Shown here piece by piece: positions 15,715-24,909 of a stretch of DNA of 32,000 nt. A program made the translations under genes and the position numbers. A model generated the notes under the pieces. The model did not search any database. It was not told the DNA's origin and worked only from the letters and a program-made list of their open reading frames with translations. The DNA comes from Rhodobium orientis (GTDB taxonomy: Bacteria; Pseudomonadota; Alphaproteobacteria; Rhizobiales; Rhodobiaceae): the NCBI RefSeq assembly GCF_003258835.1, contig NZ_NPEV01000024.1, forward strand, positions 17,941 to 49,940, read 5' to 3'. Every line of letters begins with the position of its first letter. Positions within the stretch are counted from its first letter, which is position 1.

Positions 15715-17027
15715 CAGCGGTCTCCTTCGGAGAGATCGATGGAGGAGCCGCCGCCGTGGGCGTCTCCGGAACGGATGGAATGAGCAGTTGCCGAGGCACC
15801 GTGGCTGACGCGCTGGGCGCGTTTCATGCGACGCGCCCAGTCGGGCATGTCCGCGCGTGCGCTGGCGGGAGCCGGGGCAGTGGCCCCGGTGACAGCACCC
15901 CCAGTGGACTCGATGGCCGCGCGCCCACCCTCAGCGTAGCTCTGCCTCACGCCGGACGAGGCGCGGCGAAGCGGCGACGTCATGGCTTCACCGGCCGCTC
16001 TCGCGACACCGCCGAGACCGGCGGCGACGCCGGAAGCGCCCGATTGTCCGGAGGAGGCGAGCGAATAGGAGGTTGTCGCACCTCCCGCCAGCAAGGCGCT
16101 TCCACGAGCTGCGCCAGACCCGGCGGCGAGCGCGGCGGATCCCCCCCTTGCGGCAAGGGCACCACCGGCAACCATCATGCCGCCTGCGGCGAGACTTGTG
16201 CCGACCGCGGAGCCTGCGCCAAGTTGCGGGCCGCCAGAGACGATGCCGCTTGCGATGCCCGGTCCGAAGATGCCGAGGCCAAGAAGCGAAAGGGCCGCGA
16301 GAACGATAGCCATGGCCTCGTCGATGGTCGGCTGGTCGCCGCCGAAACCGCCGGTGAACTCAGAGAAGAGGGTCGAGCCGATGCCGATGATTACGGCGAG
16401 CACCAGAACCTTGATGCCGGACGAGATCACGTGGCCGAGCACGCGCTCGGCCATGAAGGCGGATTTGCCGAAGAGGCCGAAGGGAATGAGCACGAAGCCC
16501 GCCAGCGTCGTCAGCTTGAACTCGATCAAGGTGACGAAGAGCTGGATGGCGAGGATGAAGAAGGCGAGGAGCACCAGCGCCCAGGCAAAGAGCAGGCAGG
16601 CGATTTGGATAAAATTCTCGAAGAAGGCCCAGTAGCCCATCAGATCGGAGATGGATTCCAGCAACGGTCGGCTGGCTTCGAGGCCGGTTTGGGCAACTTT
16701 GCCCGGACGCAAGAGATCGGTTGCGGAAAACCTGGTGCCGCTGGCCTTCAGGCCGAGGCCCGCGAAGCTCTCAAAGACAATGCGGGCGAGATAGTTCCAG
16801 TTTGAGATGATATAGGCGAAGGCGCCGACGAAGAGCGTCTTCTTGATCAGCCGGGCTATGATGTCGTCGTCGGCACCCCAGGACCAGAACAATGCTGCCA
16901 GCGTCACGTCGATGACGATCAGCGTGGCTGCTATGAACGCCACCTCGCCGCCGAGCAGGCCAAAGCCGGAATCGATATAGGAGGTGAAGACCTGCAGGAA
17001 ATGGTCGATGACGCCAGTATCGCCCAT
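15714..17027 (-). CDS. trbL: Conjugal transfer protein TrbL (VirB6 homologue)
   Basis: Track ORF extends to 17201, but I prefer the ATG at 17027 (MGDTGVIDHFLQVFTSYIDSGFGLL...), which starts right after the upstream gene stop at 17032. Multiple TM helices and a Gly/Ala/Ser-rich C-terminal tail typical of TrbL. Confidence 0.88.
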   Translation of the reverse strand: MGDTGVIDHFLQVFTSYIDSGFGLLGGEVAFIAATLIVIDVTLAALFWSWGADDDIIARLIKKTLFVGAFAYIISNWNYLARIVFESFAGLGLKASGTRFSATDLLRPGKVAQTGLEASRPLLESISDLMGYWAFFENFIQIACLLFAWALVLLAFFILAIQLFVTLIEFKLTTLAGFVLIPFGLFGKSAFMAERVLGHVISSGIKVLVLAVIIGIGSTLFSEFTGGFGGDQPTIDEAMAIVLAALSLLGLGIFGPGIASGIVSGGPQLGAGSAVGTSLAAGGMMVAGGALAARGGSAALAAGSGAARGSALLAGGATTSYSLASSGQSGASGVAAGLGGVARAAGEAMTSPLRRASSGVRQSYAEGGRAAIESTGGAVTGATAPAPASARADMPDWARRMKRAQRVSHGASATAHSIRSGDAHGGGSSIDLSEGDR

Positions 17028-17031
17028 GGTG

Positions 17032-17304
17032 TTATGGCCTTTCTGCCTCGATGCCGAGGAAGCGCTGCCGGTTCTCGGACCACGCGGCGAGACAATCCCG
17101 ATCGCGGGTTGCCGCTTCGCCGAGCCTTTGGCAGCGCCGCAGCTCCCGTCGCACCAGATCGACATCAGAAGCCCAGGTCGGCGCGGGGGCGGACACAGCA
17201 TCCGATAGCGGTTCCGGTTCCTGGGTCAGTTCGAGCACGGTCGCCGTGATGGCGACCGCGACGAAGGCGATCGCGGCGATGCGCGCGAGGGTCTTGCCGT
17301 CCAT
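17032..17304 (-). CDS. Putative entry-exclusion protein TrbK-alt
   Basis: Internal ATG at 17304 of track ORF 17032..17433, with GAGG 8-9 nt upstream. 90 aa: MDGKTLARIAAIAFVAVAITATVLEL (TM), then ...RELRRCQRLGEAATRDRDCLAAWSENRQRFLG, a paired-Cys motif. It sits between trbJ and trbL, as TrbK-alt does in this ICE family. Confidence 0.65.
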   Translation of the reverse strand: MDGKTLARIAAIAFVAVAITATVLELTQEPEPLSDAVSAPAPTWASDVDLVRRELRRCQRLGEAATRDRDCLAAWSENRQRFLGIEAERP

Positions 17305-17314
17305 TTTCCGCGCC

Positions 17315-18079
17315 TCATTTGCCGCCGTAGAACATTTGGGCGTTGCCCGGCTGGTAGCCCGATCCCGGTTCAAGGAAGCGGCGGCGTTGCTCGCGTCCCT
17401 GTTCGGCGGCGGCGGCCCGCTCCGCATCGGCAAGAGCCTGCGCCCTTCCGTTGGCGGTGACGACGGCGGTGAGATCGGCGAGCTGCTGTCCCTGTAGGGC
17501 GAGGAGCTGATTGCCGGCCTGGGCTGCCTGTATCGCTCCGGTCGCGCCCTGGCTGCGGCCGATCAACTCGTTCATCTGAGTACGGTTGGTTTCGATATTG
17601 CCGATCACGCCGGCCTGCACGCGCATCGCGTCTTGCAGTCCGGCGACGGTGTTCCGCCAACGCTCGCGCGCGCTTGCGATCAGGTCCTGGTCGGTGGCCG
17701 AGAGTGAGGCGTCGCCATATGTCGTTTTAAAGGCCTGATCGATCTGCTGGACGTCAAAGGCGATGCGTTGGGCTTCGCCCAAAAGCTGCTGCGTGCGCTG
17801 GACGGATCTCTGAAGCTGTTGCAGTGCCGAATAGGGCAGGCTCGTCAGGTTACGTGCCTGGTTGATCAGCATCTGCGCTTCGTTCTGAAGTGAGGTGATC
17901 TGGTTGTTGACCTGTTCGAGCGCTCTGGCGGCCGTCAAGATGTTCTCGGCGTGGTTCCACGGATCGTAGACGGCGCGCCAAGCGAATGCCGATGATGCTA
18001 TTGGGTCCGGCAAGAGTACAACGGGACAAGCGAGGAGGGCGGCGCCAAAACCTGCAAGTCTGAAACGACGGAACGTCAT
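17315..18079 (-). CDS. trbJ: Conjugal transfer protein TrbJ (VirB5-like)
   Basis: Start chosen at ATG 18079 (MTFRRFRLAGFGAALLACPVVLL, a signal peptide), which forms an ATGA overlap with the trbE stop. Coiled-coil body: NILTAARALEQVNNQITSLQNEAQMLINQARNL. Confidence 0.88.
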   Translation of the reverse strand: MTFRRFRLAGFGAALLACPVVLLPDPIASSAFAWRAVYDPWNHAENILTAARALEQVNNQITSLQNEAQMLINQARNLTSLPYSALQQLQRSVQRTQQLLGEAQRIAFDVQQIDQAFKTTYGDASLSATDQDLIASARERWRNTVAGLQDAMRVQAGVIGNIETNRTQMNELIGRSQGATGAIQAAQAGNQLLALQGQQLADLTAVVTANGRAQALADAERAAAAEQGREQRRRFLEPGSGYQPGNAQMFYGGK

Positions 18080-20517
18080 GACGCATTCTCCAGATTGTCG
18101 AGGTTTTGGATAAGATCGACCGCCCAACCAAGCCCGCGCTCGCGCAGCCAAGTCGCGGCAAAATGCTCGCGTCCGTGTTCCGCGACGAGTTTTTCGAGAA
18201 CCGCGTGATCGGCCTTCGACGAACTTGCACAGAACGCGAGTGCAACCTCGCCAAGAGCGAGTTCGAACAGGCGATTCCCATGACGTGATTGGCAGTAATA
18301 GTCACGCTTTGGCGTCGCCCGGGCGAGGATCTCGATCTGCCGGTCGTTCAGCCCAAAGCGCCGGTAGATTGCAGTGATCTGCGGCTCGATGGCACGTTCG
18401 TTCGGCAGCAATATCCTGGTCTGGCAGCTCTCTATGATCGCGGGTGCGATTGCAGAATTGTCGATGTCGGATAGGGACTGCGTCGCAAAGACCACGGAAG
18501 CGTTTTTCTTGCGAAGCGTCTTCAGCCATTCGCGCAACTGGGCAGCGAAGCCCTCGTCGTCGAGCGCGAGCCATCCCTCATCGATAATTAACAGGGTCGG
18601 TCGGCCGTCGAGTTGTGCCTCTGTGCGATGAAAGAGATAAGCGAGAACGGCAGGCGCCGCGCTGGTTCCGATCAAGTCCTCAGTCTCGAAAGCTTGTACC
18701 GGAGCACTGCCGATCTGTTCGCTCTCCGCGTCTAGCAGGCGGCCATAGGGACCGCCGACGCAATAGGGCTGTAGGGCGCGCTTCAGGTCTTGAGACTGCA
18801 GTAGGACCGAGAGGCCCGTGATCGTGCGTTCTTCTAGGGGGGCGGAGGCGAGTGAAGTGAGTGCTGCCCATATATGCTCGCGGGCCTGGGGATCGATCGT
18901 GACGCCCTCGCGGCGCAGAATATTGACGATCCAGTCACCGGCCCAGGCCCGCTCAGGGACGTCCTGGATGCGGGTCAGCGGCTGGAGGGAGACGCTTTCG
19001 TCAATGCCTCCGGTCAGTCCGCCGCCGAGGTCGTGCCAGTCACCGCCCATGGCGAGTGTGGCGGCACGGATCGAGCCTCCAAAATCGAAAGCGAAAATCT
19101 GGGCATTGCGGTAGCGGCGAAACTGCAGCGCCATCAGTGCCAGCAGAACCGATTTGCCGGCGCCGGTGGGGCCGACCACCATGGTGTGCCCGACATCGCC
19201 AACGTGAAGGGAAAACCGGAATGGGGTCGAGCCCTCGGTCTTTCCGAAGAATAGAGGAGGTGCTGCCAGGTGTTCGTCCCGATCCGGTCCTGCCCAAACG
19301 GCGGAGAGCGGGAGCATGTGGGCCAGATTGAGTGTGGAGATCGGCGGTTGCCGGACATTTGCATAGACATGGCCGGGGAGGCTGCCGAGCCAGGCGTCGA
19401 CGGCATTGACGGTTTCCGGCATCGCTGTGAAGTCGCGGCCCTGGATGACTTTCTCGGCCAGCCGCAGCTTTTCATCGGCGATGCGCGGATCCTCGTCCCA
19501 GACGGTCAGCGTCGCGGTCACATAGGCTTGGCCAGCGATGTCCGCACCGAGCTCCTGCAGGGCCTCGTCAGCGTCCGCTGCCTTGTTGGCGGCATCGGTA
19601 TCGACAAGTACGGAGGCCTCGTTGGTCATTACCTCCTTGAGGATGGTGGCGATCGATTTCCGCTTGGCGAACCATTGCCGGCGGATGCGGGTGAGGAGGC
19701 GGGTCGCGTCGACCTTGTCGAGTAGGATGGCGCGGGTCGACCAGCGATAGGGGAAGGCGAGCCGATTGAGTTCGTCGAGGATGCCGGGCGTTGTCGCGCT
19801 CGGGAAGCCGACGACGGTCAGAACGCGCAGATGGGTGCTTCCCAGCATCGGCTCGAGGCCGCCCGCAAGCGGCTGATCGATCAGCAGTGCGTCGAGATAG
19901 ATCGGGGTCTCGGGTACGCGGACGCGGTGCCGGTTGCTCGATACCGTCGCATGAAGATAGGTCAGGGTTTCGGCGTCATCGAGCCAGGCGCATTCGGGCA
20001 TGAAACCGTCGAGCAGCGCCAGAACGCGCGCGGTTCGATCGACGAAGCCGTGAAGCTGTTCGCGAGCATTGGCCTCGCCACCCCGTTCCCGCCCCTCGTA
20101 CAGGAACCGTTCCGAGCGTGACGCATCCTCCGCTGGCGGCAGATAGAGAAAGGTGAGGTAGTAGCGAGATTCGTAGTGCCCCCCTTCCTCTTCGAACATT
20201 GCCTTGCGTTCCGCATCGACGAGCGCCGACGCCGGATCGGGAAAGGTACTTTCAGGATAGTCACGTGTGGGCGCCCGCATCGACTCGACGAAGATCGCCC
20301 AGCCCGAACCGAGCCGGCGAAAGGCATTGTTGAGCCGGCCGGCAACCGCAACCAGTTCGGCCTGAACGGCGCTGTCTAGATCGGGGCCACGGAAACGAGC
20401 GGTGCGCTGGAAGGAGCCATCCTTGTTGAGGACGACGCCGTCTTCAACCAGCGCTGCCCAGGGAAGGAAGTCGGCTAGGCGGGAAGAGGTGCGGCGGTAT
20501 TCGGTGAGATTCATCAT
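18076..20517 (-). CDS. trbE: Conjugal transfer ATPase TrbE (VirB4 homologue)
   Basis: Start chosen at ATGATG 20517 (MMNLTEYRRTSSRLADFLPWAALVEDGVVLNKDGSFQ), 8 nt after the trbD stop. Walker A: GPTGAGKS. Walker B: LLIIDEGW. About 813 aa. Confidence 0.93.
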   Translation of the reverse strand: MMNLTEYRRTSSRLADFLPWAALVEDGVVLNKDGSFQRTARFRGPDLDSAVQAELVAVAGRLNNAFRRLGSGWAIFVESMRAPTRDYPESTFPDPASALVDAERKAMFEEEGGHYESRYYLTFLYLPPAEDASRSERFLYEGRERGGEANAREQLHGFVDRTARVLALLDGFMPECAWLDDAETLTYLHATVSSNRHRVRVPETPIYLDALLIDQPLAGGLEPMLGSTHLRVLTVVGFPSATTPGILDELNRLAFPYRWSTRAILLDKVDATRLLTRIRRQWFAKRKSIATILKEVMTNEASVLVDTDAANKAADADEALQELGADIAGQAYVTATLTVWDEDPRIADEKLRLAEKVIQGRDFTAMPETVNAVDAWLGSLPGHVYANVRQPPISTLNLAHMLPLSAVWAGPDRDEHLAAPPLFFGKTEGSTPFRFSLHVGDVGHTMVVGPTGAGKSVLLALMALQFRRYRNAQIFAFDFGGSIRAATLAMGGDWHDLGGGLTGGIDESVSLQPLTRIQDVPERAWAGDWIVNILRREGVTIDPQAREHIWAALTSLASAPLEERTITGLSVLLQSQDLKRALQPYCVGGPYGRLLDAESEQIGSAPVQAFETEDLIGTSAAPAVLAYLFHRTEAQLDGRPTLLIIDEGWLALDDEGFAAQLREWLKTLRKKNASVVFATQSLSDIDNSAIAPAIIESCQTRILLPNERAIEPQITAIYRRFGLNDRQIEILARATPKRDYYCQSRHGNRLFELALGEVALAFCASSSKADHAVLEKLVAEHGREHFAATWLRERGLGWAVDLIQNLDNLENAS

Positions 20518-20525
20518 GGGGGTCG

Positions 20526-20786
20526 TCACACGCTCAGATGGGAAGGGATGCGCAGGTGCCGGCGTCCGACATCGGCGAAGAGCGGATCGCGCCGCGCCGC
20601 CCAGACGGCGGTGGCATGACCGATGCCCCACAAGATCAACCCGACCAGCCAGAGGCGCAGGCCGAGGCCTAGGGCGGCGGCGAGCGTGCCGTTCAGAATC
20701 GCGATCGCGCGCGGCGCCCCGCCAAGCAGGATCGGTTCGGTCAGGGCGCGGTGGACGGGGACGACGAAGCCGGGAACGTCGGTCAT
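20526..20786 (-). CDS. trbD: Conjugal transfer protein TrbD (VirB3 homologue)
   Basis: 86 aa, from an internal ATG of track ORF 20526..21224: MTDVPGFVVPVHRALTEPILLGGAPRAIAILNG..., then one TM helix. TGATG overlap with the trbC stop at 20786. Confidence 0.85.
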   Translation of the reverse strand: MTDVPGFVVPVHRALTEPILLGGAPRAIAILNGTLAAALGLGLRLWLVGLILWGIGHATAVWAARRDPLFADVGRRHLRIPSHLSV

Positions 20787-21118
20787 CAGATGAGTACCCC
20801 GCCGCCGAAGGAGAAGAAGGACAGGAAGAAGCTCGATGCGGCGAAGGCGATAGACAGGCCGAAGACGATCTGGATAAGGCGCCGGAAGCCGCCGGATGTA
20901 TCGCCGAAGGCGAGCGTCAGGCCTGTGATGATAATGATGATGACGGCAATGATCTTGGCGACCGGTCCCTCGATGGATTCGAGGATGGACTGGAGCGGTG
21001 CCTCCCAGGGCATGGACGAACCGGCCGCGCGAGCGGCAGGCGCCATCGTCATTGTGACGACAAACGTGGCGGCAGCGCCTGCGATTTCGCGACGAAGGTG
21101 AGAGACGGGACGGATCAT
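20786..21118 (-). CDS. trbC: Conjugal transfer pilin TrbC (VirB2 homologue)
   Basis: 110 aa. Signal peptide ending APAARA, then two hydrophobic helices (IIAVIIIIITGLTLAF, IVFGLSIAFAASSFFL). ATGA overlap with the trbB stop. Confidence 0.85.
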   Translation of the reverse strand: MIRPVSHLRREIAGAAATFVVTMTMAPAARAAGSSMPWEAPLQSILESIEGPVAKIIAVIIIIITGLTLAFGDTSGGFRRLIQIVFGLSIAFAASSFFLSFFSFGGGVLI

Positions 21119-22092
21119 GCGGTGGTCCCTTCCGAGGTTTGGATGGCTGGGGTGAGGCGATAGTCGCCGTCGGGGGTGAGCCCCGTGACGGCGGAGAGTT
21201 CTGTGAGCCGGCGCTCCGAGCCACGGCCCGAAAGCACGGCGACGAGATCGATGGTCTCGGCGATCAGTGCGCGGGGAACCCTCACCACGACTTCCTGAAT
21301 GAGTTGTTCGAGGCGGCGGAGCGCGCCGATCGCGGTCCCGGCATGGATGGTGCCGATTCCGCCCGGGTGTCCGGTGCCCCAGGCCTTCAAAAGGTCGAGT
21401 GCTTCCGGCCCACGTACCTCACCGATGGGAATGCGGTCGGGGCGAAGGCGTAGAGATGAGCGAACGAGATCGGACAACGTGACGACGCCATCCTTCGTGC
21501 GCATGGCGACGAGATTGGGGGCTGAACATTGCAGCTCCCGCGTGTCCTCGATGATGACGACGCGATCAGCACTCCTTGCCACCTCGGCAAGCAAGGCATT
21601 GGTCAGTGTCGTCTTTCCGGTCGAGGTGCCACCGGCGACGAGGATGTTCTTTCGGCCAGTAACCGCGGTGCGGAGGGCGGCCGCCTGGTCCGATCGCATG
21701 ATGCCGTCGGCGACATAGTCGTTGAGGGAGAAGACGGCGATGGCCTGCTTGCGGATCGCGAAGGTCGGCGCGGCGACGACCGGCGGCAGCAAACCCTCGA
21801 AGCGCTCGCCGGTTTCCGGGAGTTCCGCCGAGACGCGGGGGCTTCCGCCGTGAACCTCGGTACCGACATGGTGGGCGACGAGCCGGATGATCCGTTCGCC
21901 GTCGGCGGAAGCGACCAACTCACCGGTGTCGGAAAGACCTTCGGACAGCCGGTCGATCCAAAGCCGTCCGTCCGGGTTGAGCATCACTTCGACGATGCCG
22001 GGCTCTTCGAGGAAACGCGCAATGGCCGGACCGAGCGCGGTGCGCAGCATGCGCGCCCCGCGCGAGGATGTTTCCGATCTTTGGAAGGTCAC
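21115..22092 (-). CDS. trbB: Conjugal transfer ATPase TrbB (VirB11 homologue)
   Basis: 325 aa. The start codon at 22092 is GTG; the alternative ATG at 22050 would give MLRTALGP. Walker A: GGTSTGKTT. Other motifs: IGEVRGPEA and [11 protein letters not shown]. Confidence 0.92.
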   Translation of the reverse strand: MTFQRSETSSRGARMLRTALGPAIARFLEEPGIVEVMLNPDGRLWIDRLSEGLSDTGELVASADGERIIRLVAHHVGTEVHGGSPRVSAELPETGERFEGLLPPVVAAPTFAIRKQAIAVFSLNDYVADGIMRSDQAAALRTAVTGRKNILVAGGTSTGKTTLTNALLAEVARSADRVVIIEDTRELQCSAPNLVAMRTKDGVVTLSDLVRSSLRLRPDRIPIGEVRGPEALDLLKAWGTGHPGGIGTIHAGTAIGALRRLEQLIQEVVVRVPRALIAETIDLVAVLSGRGSERRLTELSAVTGLTPDGDYRLTPAIQTSEGTTA

Positions 22093-22102
22093 CGAAATCT
22101 CG

Positions 22103-22147
22103 TCCCCGATAGTGGCTGGGATCGCGACAACGATCCCGGTTCGGGGA
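22103..22147. promoter_or_regulatory. Nested perfect palindrome upstream of trbB: TCCCCGA-8 nt-GGGATCG-6 nt-CGATCCC-3 nt-TCGGGGA
   Basis: Read directly from the sequence. Outer arms 22103-22109 and 22141-22147; inner arms 22118-22124 and 22131-22137. It begins 11 nt upstream of the trbB GTG, in the 181-bp gap after the CopG-like gene. Confidence 0.4.
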
Positions 22148-22273
22148 TTAGTAAGAAATGCAGGAAATGGCCTCGCGCAACACCGTCAAGGGCGTAGTAG
22201 GGGTGTGGCGGGTAAAGACAGGGGAACGGCGAGAAAGCGACAAGCACCCGTCCTATTGCGGGCGCTGCGAAAT

Positions 22274-22714
22274 CTATTCCCGTGTGTCGTTAGTCGGAAC
22301 TGGTGGTTCGGGTGGAGCGATGTCGTCCGGAATCTCTTTCAGGAAGCTCTGCCCCTTCTGCAAACGCCGGCCGAGCGTCTCGACAAACCCCTCGAAGCGC
22401 TCTCGACCCTTGATCTGAGCCGACGATTGAGCGTCCTGGGGGAGCGGCGGCGTGATCGTGAGCCAGAACCGGATGAAGAGAGCCAGTGTCTCGGCGCTGA
22501 TCCCGACGTCGCGTTCCAGGCGCTGAACTTGTCGCGTGAGACGGTCGAGCCTGCGCGTGAAAGCAGCCTCCATCCGATCGGCCCCGTCGGGAGACAGGAA
22601 CGAGGCAACGGCCGCTTCGACGATGGCAGAACGGGACAGGTCCTTGCGATCCGCGAGATCGGCGATCTGTTTCAGCATCTCAGGCGGGAAATAGACATTC
22701 ATCCGGCTGCGCAT
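22274..22714 (-). CDS. CopG-family ribbon-helix-helix protein (conserved between traG and trbB)
   Basis: 146 aa. ATG with GAGGG SD. N-terminal RHH: MNVYFPPEMLKQIADLADRKDLSRSAIVEAAVASFL. Its position is identical to the RHH gene of Tn4371-type ICEs. Confidence 0.75.
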   Translation of the reverse strand: MRSRMNVYFPPEMLKQIADLADRKDLSRSAIVEAAVASFLSPDGADRMEAAFTRRLDRLTRQVQRLERDVGISAETLALFIRFWLTITPPLPQDAQSSAQIKGRERFEGFVETLGRRLQKGQSFLKEIPDDIAPPEPPVPTNDTRE

Positions 22715-22724
22715 GTCATTGCCC

Positions 22725-24710
22725 TCACAACTCTATTCCGTCTTTTGGGTCCAGTGTCGCCTGCCGTGCGATCTGGCGGCCCTGCTGACGAAATGCCCGC
22801 GCCTGTTTCGCGGGCTCATCGGCATCGTCTTCAAGCAGGTCAAACTCCCTCGACGGTTTCGGCCCTTTGGGCGGCGGTACGATGTCTTCATGTTCAGGCA
22901 GGTCTGGCTGCCGCCGGATTCCACCATCTGCTGCGTCTTCGGAACTGGCGTCCTTATCGCGATCGGATTTGGTGATCGGCGTAGCGATACGACCGGCCCA
23001 AGCATCGCTCTTCTGGGGCGGCGTACTCTTGGTTGGATCCGGAGGCGCGGCGATCCGCTCGGTAAATCTTGTGTCTTCGTAGTAGCGGGCCTTCTTGGCC
23101 CGAATTGAGGGCAAGCCCGCCACCATGACGATCTCGTCCGAGGCGGGAAGCTGCATGACTTCGCCAGGCGTGAGCAGAGGTCTCGCCGTCTCCTGCCGCG
23201 ACACCATGAGGTGACCGAGCCAGGGCGCGAGCCTGTGCCCGGCATAGTTCTTCATCGCGCGCATTTCGGTCGCAGTGCCGAGCGCGTCGGAAACCCGTTT
23301 GGCGGTACGTTCGTCATTGGTCGCGAAGCTCACCCGAACATGGCAATTGTCCAGGATCGCGTTGTTTGGCCCGTAGGCCTTTTCGATCTGGTTGAGAGAC
23401 TGGGCGATCAAGAATGCCTTGAGCCCGTAACCAGCCATGAAAGCGAGGGCGCTTTCGAAGAAGTCCAGCCGACCGAGTGCCGGGAATTCGTCGAGCATGA
23501 GCAACACGCGCTGGCGCTGGTTGGTCGCCTGCAGGTCCTCGGTCAGGCGCCGACCGATCTGGTTCAGCATCAATCGAATGAGGGGTTTGGTGCGCGAAAT
23601 GTCGGAGGGCGGAACGACGAGATAGAGGGTGGTCGGCTGTTCTCCGTCGATCAGATCGGCGATGCGCCAGTCGCATTGGCGGGTCACCTTTGCGATGACA
23701 GGGTCGCGGTAGAGCCCGAGGAACGACATGGCGGTTGAGAGAACGCCGGAGCGTTCGTTGTCGGCCTTGTTCAGAAGTTCCCGTGCCGCGGATGCGACCA
23801 CCGGATGAGGGCCGGCCTCGACCAGATGCGGCGTCGTCATCATCGCCTTGAGCGTAGCCTCGATCGGCCGCTTCGGATCGGAGAGGAACGCGGCGACGCC
23901 CGCGAGGGTCTTGTCCGGTTCGGCATAGAGGACGTGAATGATGGTGCCGACCAGAAGCGAATGGCTGGTCTTTTCCCAGTGATTGCGCCGTTCGAGCGAT
24001 CCCTCGGGATCGACGAGAATGTCGGCGACGTTCTGCACGTCACGCACCTCCCAGTCGCCGCGGCGGACTTCGAGCAGAGGATTGTAGGCGGACGATTTGG
24101 GATCGGTTGGATCGAAGAGCAGCACGCGGCCGTGCCTGGACCGAAAGCCGGCGGTCAGATACCAGTTCTCGCCTTTGATGTCGTGAACGATGGCAGAGCC
24201 GGGCCAGGTGAGGAGCGAAGGAACCACCAGGCCAACGCCCTTGCCGGACCGTGTTGGCGCGAAACAAAGAACATGCTCGGGCCCGTCATGGCGCAGGTAA
24301 TGCTCTTCGAATTTGCCGAGTACGACACCGTCCGATCCGAGCAATCCGCTCTTGGCGACTTCCTTGGGCTCCGCCCAGCGTGCCGAGCCGTAGGTGATGA
24401 CGTCTTTGGCTTCCCGCGCGCGCCAAACGGACATCGTGATGGCGACGCCAATCGACAAGAATCCGCCTGAAGCCGCTATGACGGCGCCTTCGACGAAGAT
24501 CGGAGGCGCATATGCCTCATACGAAAACCACCACCAGAAGAAGGCTGGTGGATAGTAGAAGGGCAAACCCGCCAGACTGAACCAAGGTGTTCCAAGCTGC
24601 GGCTGGAAACCAAGCCGCCAAGCAACCCATTCCGTCGCGCCCCATGTGGTGGTGAGGACGATCAGGAAGACAACGGCAATTTGGCCCCAGAGGATCTTGG
24701 TCGCGGACAT
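22725..24710 (-). CDS. traG: Type IV coupling protein TraG (VirD4 family)
   Basis: 661 aa. Two N-terminal TM helices. Walker A-like: FAPTRSGKGVGLVVPS. Walker B: VLLMLDEFPALG. Acidic/Pro-rich C-terminal tail. Confidence 0.93.
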   Translation of the reverse strand: MSATKILWGQIAVVFLIVLTTTWGATEWVAWRLGFQPQLGTPWFSLAGLPFYYPPAFFWWWFSYEAYAPPIFVEGAVIAASGGFLSIGVAITMSVWRAREAKDVITYGSARWAEPKEVAKSGLLGSDGVVLGKFEEHYLRHDGPEHVLCFAPTRSGKGVGLVVPSLLTWPGSAIVHDIKGENWYLTAGFRSRHGRVLLFDPTDPKSSAYNPLLEVRRGDWEVRDVQNVADILVDPEGSLERRNHWEKTSHSLLVGTIIHVLYAEPDKTLAGVAAFLSDPKRPIEATLKAMMTTPHLVEAGPHPVVASAARELLNKADNERSGVLSTAMSFLGLYRDPVIAKVTRQCDWRIADLIDGEQPTTLYLVVPPSDISRTKPLIRLMLNQIGRRLTEDLQATNQRQRVLLMLDEFPALGRLDFFESALAFMAGYGLKAFLIAQSLNQIEKAYGPNNAILDNCHVRVSFATNDERTAKRVSDALGTATEMRAMKNYAGHRLAPWLGHLMVSRQETARPLLTPGEVMQLPASDEIVMVAGLPSIRAKKARYYEDTRFTERIAAPPDPTKSTPPQKSDAWAGRIATPITKSDRDKDASSEDAADGGIRRQPDLPEHEDIVPPPKGPKPSREFDLLEDDADEPAKQARAFRQQGRQIARQATLDPKDGIEL

Positions 24711-24909
24711 GGTGCTGGATGATCAACGCGCAACACGGGCCAGTCACAAGAACCGAATAGAGGACGTCGCGTGAATGGCGGCAATTGCGTGTAGATCGGA
24801 AAGAACTCGTTTGGCGGGATCAACGGTATTCCGGACAACCATCTCGCACCTATGGGGAGAACCGATATCTACATGTCGCCGCTTTGGGTCGGTGGACCAT
24901 TGGCGTAAC

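Noticed and set aside
17032-17433. Full-length 133-aa and 495-aa track ORFs (17032..17433 and 15714..17201) as the real TrbK-alt and TrbL genes
   Set aside because: The N-terminal extensions overlap the upstream genes extensively and are Arg/Pro/Ser-rich. Internal ATGs at 17304 and 17027 give canonical N-termini and tight gene packing.
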